In this document: positions 25,782 through 30,687 of the stretch, piece by piece | Position numbering within the stretch: position 1 is the first letter of the stretch | Layout of the letters: every line of letters starts with the position of its first letter | From: Myxococcota bacterium | Lineage (GTDB): Bacteria > Myxococcota_A > UBA9160 > PR03 | Direction of reading: 5' to 3' | DNA length: 30,687 bases | Assembly (NCBI GenBank): GCA_041611735.1 | Contig: JBFIML010000046.1 | Coordinates: 1 to 30,687 of the forward strand | The notes under the pieces: model-generated | Told to the model about the DNA's origin: nothing | Seen by the model: only the letters and a program-made list of their open reading frames with translations | Databases searched by the model: none | Translations under genes and position numbers: made by a program

Positions 25782-26552
25782 ATGGATCCGATCCGCGCAG
25801 CCGGCGTGGTTTCGTTCGTCGCCGTGAGCTTCCTGGTCGGGCTGCGCCTGCTCGGCCTGGCACGGCGCCGCGGCGAGATGCCGGAGCTGGCCGTGGGCCT
25901 GGCCCTGCTGCTGGGGGGAGGCCTCGGCTACCTGCTGATGTTCGCCAGTGCCCGCCTCGGGGAGGACCCGGGGGTCCGCGGAGCACTCACCTCCCTCGGG
26001 GCCCTGTGCCTGAACCTGGGCGCCATCTGCCTCTGGTACTTCACCTGGCGCGTGTTCCGCCCGGACCGGGCCTGGGCCGGGATCCTGGTGGCCGTCGCGG
26101 CCGCTGCGGCCATGAGTAGCTACCTGCACGAGGCCCTGACCACCGGCTTCGCCTTCCGTCAGTTCCGCGGCTTCTGGTACTGGAGCGGATTCGGGGCCCG
26201 GAGCCTGTGCTACGGGTGGGCCGCCTTCGAGTCGTTGAACTACTACGTCCTGATGCGGCGTCGCATGCGCCACGGCCTGGCGGACCCGCTGCTCGCCAAT
26301 CGCTTCCTGCTATGGGCGCTGGCCGCCGCGGGCGCCTTCCTCATCTTCCTGGTGATTTTCGTCAACCTGCTGGGCGCCTCGGGAGGCAACCCCACCGCGG
26401 GCGTCTTCGACAACGACGCTGCGCTGCTCATCTCGGCGCTCGGGCTGGTGGCGTCCCTGGCCTTGTGGCTCGCCTTCTTCCCGCCGCCGGCCTGGCGACG
26501 GCGCTTCCGGCCCGGGGCGCTCGCCTCGGCGGGGCGCGGAGCCCGGGGGTAG
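25782..26552 (+). CDS. Hypothetical integral membrane protein with about 7 TM helices
   Basis: Seven hydrophobic segments by eye, a GGGAG SD, and no output domain. Confidence 0.75.
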   Translation: MDPIRAAGVVSFVAVSFLVGLRLLGLARRRGEMPELAVGLALLLGGGLGYLLMFASARLGEDPGVRGALTSLGALCLNLGAICLWYFTWRVFRPDRAWAGILVAVAAAAAMSSYLHEALTTGFAFRQFRGFWYWSGFGARSLCYGWAAFESLNYYVLMRRRMRHGLADPLLANRFLLWALAAAGAFLIFLVIFVNLLGASGGNPTAGVFDNDAALLISALGLVASLALWLAFFPPPAWRRRFRPGALASAGRGARG

Positions 26553-26554
26553 GC

Positions 26555-26860
26555 ATGGCCGAGGCCTTCGAGTGGGTGGCGGCGCGCCTGGAACGGGAGA
26601 CCGAGCTCGGTCGCCTGGAGGCGCGTGGCACGGTGCGGCTCGCGCTCAAGCAGGCCGGCCTCGAGGCACGCAGCGTGAGCGCCTGGCAGATGCAGGTGGT
26701 CCTGCGCCGGGTGCTGCCCGAGGAGCTGCGCCGTCGCGGTGTGGCGGACGCGGGCAGGCTCTGCGAGCAGCTCGCCGCCGGACTGCCGGCCGGCGAGCCG
26801 GACGGGGAGGAGGAGCGTCCCGCCACCCCCGAGAGCATCTTCCGCCGTCTGGGCGGGTGA
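26555..26860 (+). CDS. Small helical cytoplasmic hypothetical protein (101 aa)
   Basis: The ATG lies 2 nt after the upstream stop. The sequence MAEAFEWVAARLERETELGRLEARGTVRLALKQAGL...TPESIFRRLGG is protein-like with GC-rich third positions. Confidence 0.7.
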   Translation: MAEAFEWVAARLERETELGRLEARGTVRLALKQAGLEARSVSAWQMQVVLRRVLPEELRRRGVADAGRLCEQLAAGLPAGEPDGEEERPATPESIFRRLGG

Positions 26861-26861
26861 G

Positions 26862-27512
26862 TCAGCGGACGGGCGGCTGCGCCCGGCGGGCGAGGACGCG
26901 TTCCACCAGGGCCACCACCTGCGGAGTCGCCTTGCGCGGCGAGCCGGAGTCGAAGGGCGGCTCCGGGTCGTACTCGATGCCGAGCTGGATGGCCTGGGCC
27001 ACCTGGTCACCGCCCAGGCGGGCCGCGAGGCGCAGGGCCATGTCGATTCCCGCCGAGACGCCGGCCGCCGTGACGAGGCGTCCCTCCTCGACGACCCGCG
27101 CCTCGGTGGGTATGGCGCCCAGGGCCTCCAGGCGCTCCCGGGCGCGCCAATGGGTGGTGGCGCGCACGCCCCGCAGCAGGCCCGCCGCCCCGAGGATCAA
27201 GGATCCCGTGCAGACCGACGTGGTGAAGCGGGAGTGGTCGTGGGCGGCGCGTAGCCAGTCGAGCACCGCGGCGTCGGCCATGACGAGCTCGACGCCGGCG
27301 CCTCCCCCCGGCACCACCAGGACCTCCGGGCGCGGGAGGTCTGCGAGAGGCCGGTCGGCCACCAGGGCCAGGCTGCCGTCGCCGCTGCGCTTGGGCCCCG
27401 GCTCCCGGGCGACGAAGTGGGCGCGGGCGCCGGGCAGACGAGCCAGGACCTCGTAGGGGCCCACGGCGTCCAGGGGGGTCAGTCCCTCGAAGAGCAGAAT
27501 GGCCACGTCCAT
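26862..27512 (-). CDS. DJ-1/PfpI family protein (isonitrile hydratase-like)
   Basis: LTPLDAVGPYEVL, VPGG, SVCTG (catalytic Cys), ATTHW, TAAGVSAGIDMAL and EYDPEPPFDSGSP. Confidence 0.9.
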   Translation of the reverse strand: MDVAILLFEGLTPLDAVGPYEVLARLPGARAHFVAREPGPKRSGDGSLALVADRPLADLPRPEVLVVPGGGAGVELVMADAAVLDWLRAAHDHSRFTTSVCTGSLILGAAGLLRGVRATTHWRARERLEALGAIPTEARVVEEGRLVTAAGVSAGIDMALRLAARLGGDQVAQAIQLGIEYDPEPPFDSGSPRKATPQVVALVERVLARRAQPPVR

Positions 27513-27523
27513 GGCGATCGCGC

Positions 27524-27565
27524 AGATTACAGCCGTTGACCCGATTCCGCAGCTGGCTGTAATCT
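27524..27565. promoter_or_regulatory. 11-bp inverted repeat overlapping divergent promoters; candidate PaaX-family operator
   Basis: AGATTACAGCC (27524-34), 20 nt, GGCTGTAATCT (27555-65). TTGACC (27536-41) lies 18 nt before TAATCT (27560-65). Confidence 0.65.
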
Positions 27566-27571
27566 TTCCCC

Positions 27572-28402
27572 GTGTCCCCCACGCCGAAGACCCTGATCCT
27601 GGAGCTTCTCTCGACCCTGCGCGAGGGGGCCATGCCGGTGCGGGTCCTGGTGGCGGGGGGGGAGCTCTTTGGCATCGCGGAGAACAGCGTGCGGGTCACC
27701 CTGGCACGCCTGCACCGATCGGGGCTGGTGGAGCGCGACCGGCGCGCCCGCTACCGATTGGGGAACGCCGCCGCCGCGGTGCAGCGCCGCGTCGCCTGCT
27801 GGCGTCGGCTCGACGATCGCGTGCGCCTCTGGGAGGGGGGCTGGCTGGCCGCGCACACGGCGGGTGTGCGGCCGCTTCCCGGCCGCGCCGCCCGGCGCCG
27901 CCAGACGAGGGGTCTGCGATTGCTGGGCTTCCGGGAGCTCAAGCCCGGGCTCGCCGTGCGCCCGGACAACCTCGCGGCACCCATCCAGGAGATACGCGCC
28001 GAGCTGCAGGCCCTGGGCCTGGCCCCGGGGATTCCAGTCTTCGCCGTGGCGCACCTCGATGCCCATCACGAGATGCAGGCGCGCCGCCTGTGGGACGCGG
28101 AGACCCTGGTCGACGGCTACCGGGCATCCTGCGAGGCGCTGCGACGGAGCGCCGCGCGCCTCGGCCGTCTCGAACAGGACGAGGCCCTGGTGGAATCCTT
28201 CCAGCTCGGGGGCCGGGTGATCCGACAGCTGGTGCTCGACCCGCTCCTCCCGGAGCCGATCGTGGCGGCCAAGCAGCGCTCTGCCTTGCTGTCCGCCATG
28301 CTCCGCTACGACCGTCTGGGGCGGGCCTGCTGGACCGGCTTCCTGAAGCGCTTCGACGGGCCCGAGCGGAGGCCCGGGTGGGCGCGGGAGCAGGCGGCGT
28401 GA
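27572..28402 (+). CDS. PaaX family transcriptional regulator
   Basis: Winged HTH: LILELLS..LV...ELFGIAENSVRVTLARL..SGLVE..RR.RY.L. Also WEGGWL, LRLLGF..L, RPDNL, LWD and DPLLP. Confidence 0.85.
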   Translation: MSPTPKTLILELLSTLREGAMPVRVLVAGGELFGIAENSVRVTLARLHRSGLVERDRRARYRLGNAAAAVQRRVACWRRLDDRVRLWEGGWLAAHTAGVRPLPGRAARRRQTRGLRLLGFRELKPGLAVRPDNLAAPIQEIRAELQALGLAPGIPVFAVAHLDAHHEMQARRLWDAETLVDGYRASCEALRRSAARLGRLEQDEALVESFQLGGRVIRQLVLDPLLPEPIVAAKQRSALLSAMLRYDRLGRACWTGFLKRFDGPERRPGWAREQAA

Positions 28403-29415
28403 CGGCGGCGGCGGCCCCGGCGGCCCGGCCCTGGCGCGAGGCGCTGGCCCCCGGCGAGCTCGCCGAGCTGCTGGCGGTGAGCGACGCCCGGGCCTGGCTC
28501 TCCCTCGTCACGAACTGGGGCCTCGTGGCCGCCGCCTTCGCTCTGGTGGCCTGGGCGCCGAATCCCGTGACGGGGCTGGCCGCCCTCTTCGTGATCGGCG
28601 GACGCCAGCTCGGCTTCGCGATCCTCATGCACGACGCCGCTCACCGCATCCTGCTGCGCGACCGGCGCTGGAACGACGCGCTGGGCGCGTGGCTGTGCGC
28701 GTATCCCATCTGGAGCGACCTGCGTGCCTATCGTCCCTATCACCTCCAGCACCACGCCAAGAACTGGACGGCCGAGGATCCGGACCTCAACCTGGTGATG
28801 CCGTTCCCGATCACGCGAGCCAGCCTGCGCCGCAAGATCTGGCGGGACCTCTCGGGCCAGACCGGTTGGAAGCGCGCCCGCGCCACCCTGCGGCGCGATC
28901 TCGGCCGCTCCCGGGGCAAGGTGCGTCGCCGCAACGACGCAGGCAGCCATGCGCTGCGCGGCATGCTGCTGACGAACGGCGTGCTCTTTGCCGCCCTCGC
29001 CGCCGCCGGCCACCCGGCGCTCTACGCGCTCTGGGTCGGCGCCTGGTTCACCACCTACAGCCTCGCCATGCGCGTCCGGGCCATCGCGGAGCATGCCATG
29101 GTGCCCTCACCCGACGACGAGCTGCGCAACACGCGCACGACCGTCGCCAGCTGGTGGGAGCGTCTGCTCTGGGCCCCGAACCGGGTGAACTACCACCTGG
29201 AGCACCATCTGCTCATGACGGTTCCCCATTACCGGCTACCCCGCCTGCACCGACTGCTCCGCGAGCGGGGCGCGCTCACGGGGGCCTGCATCACCCCGGG
29301 CTATCTCGCGGTGCTGCGTCTCGCGGCGAGCCGCGCGTTTGCGGACGGCGATGGCGAGGAGGACGCGGCCCTGCCCGGCGGGCCGCCACCGTCGTCCGAC
29401 GACCCGCCGTTCTGA
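28399..29415 (+). CDS. Membrane fatty acid desaturase family protein
   Basis: His boxes HDAAH, HLQHH and YHLEHH, plus AEH and VPHYRLP.LH. GTGA overlap with the upstream gene. Confidence 0.9.
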   Translation: MTAAAAPAARPWREALAPGELAELLAVSDARAWLSLVTNWGLVAAAFALVAWAPNPVTGLAALFVIGGRQLGFAILMHDAAHRILLRDRRWNDALGAWLCAYPIWSDLRAYRPYHLQHHAKNWTAEDPDLNLVMPFPITRASLRRKIWRDLSGQTGWKRARATLRRDLGRSRGKVRRRNDAGSHALRGMLLTNGVLFAALAAAGHPALYALWVGAWFTTYSLAMRVRAIAEHAMVPSPDDELRNTRTTVASWWERLLWAPNRVNYHLEHHLLMTVPHYRLPRLHRLLRERGALTGACITPGYLAVLRLAASRAFADGDGEEDAALPGGPPPSSDDPPF

Positions 29416-29425
29416 TGGAGAGCGC

Positions 29426-30235
29426 GTGAGCCCGGACCCCTTCCGCGACCGGGTGGCGGTGATCACCGGCGGAGCCGGGGGCATCGGCTTCGCCCTGGCC
29501 CGGGCCTTCGCCGCCCGGGGCGCGCGGCTCGTCCTGGCCGACCTCGACGAGGCCGGGCTGGCCGCGCGTCGGGCGGAGCTCGAGGCCGCCGGCGCACAGG
29601 TGCTCCCGGTGCGGACGGACGTGCGCGAGCGGGGCAGCGTCCGCGCCCTGGCCGACGCCACCTGGAAGCGCTTCGGCGCCGCCCACGTGATCTGCAACAA
29701 CGCCGGCATCGCGCTGGCGGGCGAGCTCCTGAAGGCCACGCCCGAGGATTGGGCGCTCACCATGGACGTGAACTTCTGGGGCGTGGTCCACGGCATCGAG
29801 GCCTTCGTGCCGCGGCTGCTGGACCAGGGGCAGGGCGGATACGTGCTGAACACCGCCTCCATGGCTGGTCTGGTGGGCATGCAGTGGCTGGGCGTCTACT
29901 GCGCTTCGAAGTTCGCCGTGGTGGGGCTCAGCGAGGCGCTCCACCGCGAGCTGCGGCCCCACGGCATCGGGGTGAGCGTGCTGTGTCCGATGATCGTCGC
30001 CACCGGGATCGACGCGAACTCGGCCCGCCTGCGGGGCGCCGAGGCGCCGGCAGCGTCGCCCCTGGAAGCGCCGCCGGCGGGTGCCATGAAGGGAGGCGTG
30101 ATCGCCCCCGAGGAGGTGGCCCGACGCGTGGTGCAGGGCATGGAGCGGGGCGCCCTGTACATCCTCACCCACCCGGAGCAGCGCGACATCCTCCGCCGCC
30201 GCGCCGCCCGTCTGGAGGGGGACGTTCTCGACTGA
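29426..30235 (+). CDS. Short-chain dehydrogenase/reductase
   Basis: TGGAGGIG, NNAG, NTAS and YCASK. The GTG start follows GGAGAG. Confidence 0.92.
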   Translation: MSPDPFRDRVAVITGGAGGIGFALARAFAARGARLVLADLDEAGLAARRAELEAAGAQVLPVRTDVRERGSVRALADATWKRFGAAHVICNNAGIALAGELLKATPEDWALTMDVNFWGVVHGIEAFVPRLLDQGQGGYVLNTASMAGLVGMQWLGVYCASKFAVVGLSEALHRELRPHGIGVSVLCPMIVATGIDANSARLRGAEAPAASPLEAPPAGAMKGGVIAPEEVARRVVQGMERGALYILTHPEQRDILRRRAARLEGDVLD

Positions 30236-30298
30236 TTGACTTTTCGCGCGCCCTCCGCCTTCCGCGGGGCAAGAATTCAATCAGTCGAGAACGTCCCC
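30218..30298. repeat. Perfect 22-bp inverted repeat with a 37-bp spacer, spanning two convergent stop codons
   Basis: GGGGACGTTCTCGACTGATTGA (30218-30239) and its exact reverse complement TCAATCAGTCGAGAACGTCCCC (30277-30298). Confidence 0.9.
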
Positions 30299-30565
30299 GT
30301 CTCTCTCCCGGCGGATGAGCATGAGGTTGCGGACGTAGACGAGCGAGTTTGGCAGATAGGCAAGCGTGAAGATCGGATCGCGCCGGTGTACGGCGTAGAT
30401 CAGCAGGATCAGCGAGCCGACGACGCTCAGGTGCCAGAACGCGAGCGGGATTAAGCTTCGCCGGGCTCGCTCCGACGCGATCCACTGCACCAGGAAGCGT
30501 GAGAAGAAGCAGACGTTTCCGAGCAGCCCGAAGACGATCCAGCCCGGCGACTCGCCCCAGTCCAT
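30281..30565 (-). CDS. Lipid A biosynthesis N-terminal (LAB_N) domain small membrane protein
   Basis: FGLLGNVCFFSRFLVQWIASER..RS.IP.AFW.LS..GS...LIYA..RRDPIF and YVRNL, with an AGGAGG SD. Confidence 0.88.
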   Translation of the reverse strand: MDWGESPGWIVFGLLGNVCFFSRFLVQWIASERARRSLIPLAFWHLSVVGSLILLIYAVHRRDPIFTLAYLPNSLVYVRNLMLIRRERDGDVLD

Positions 30566-30680
30566 GCCATCCCTCCTCGGGCCGGCGAGGCCCGCCGGCG
30601 ACGGAGTGTTCCCCGCGGCGTCGCCGGGCGCGACCCGGCGGCTTCGCTACCTTCATCCGGGGTTCACGTCCGGAGGCCCC

Positions 30681-30687
30681 ATGCCCC
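30681..30687 (+). CDS. Probable start of a gene leaving the window
   Basis: GGAGG (30672-76) followed by ATG at 30681. Only two codons are visible. Confidence 0.35.

Noticed and set aside
25782-26552. 7TM protein as a microbial rhodopsin
   Set aside because: There is no Lys in helix 7 and no helix-3 RYxDW-type motif.
30606-30617. GTGTTCCCCGCG, matching the start of type I-E CRISPR repeats
   Set aside because: It is a single 12-nt match. The complementary GCGGGGAT half is missing, and there are no further repeats, spacers or cas genes.

Overview
A very GC-rich, densely coding bacterial window with about 33 complete CDSs and partial genes at both ends. The gene set (PilZ protein, AurF-like diiron protein, DUF3604 operon) looks Myxococcota/Deltaproteobacteria-like; that taxonomy is inference. 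I found no rRNA, tRNA, CRISPR array, integrase or transposase. Recognisable genes include rmlA-rmlC-rmlD, mazG, a UbiB/ABC1 kinase, a YbaK-type deacylase, a PhyH dioxygenase, a ChaN-like lipoprotein, patatin, PI-PLC, GST, DUF3604-PpiC-HupE/UreJ and a PaaX-desaturase-SDR operon. Lipid handling is a recurring theme. The most unusual items are: (1) an HTH-TPR protein whose C-terminus looks like a signal peptide plus a short peptide, i.e. a possible RRNPP-type receptor fused to its own propeptide (6053-7195); (2) a secreted protein with BPI/LBP/CETP-like motifs next to a secreted phospholipase C (10495-13672); (3) a perfect 22-bp inverted repeat that gives two unrelated convergent genes the same C-terminus, GDVLD* (30218-30298); (4) a stand-alone 7TM protein with a small coupled partner; (5) a diiron protein translationally coupled to UbiB. 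All family calls come from reading motifs by eye; no database searches were run.
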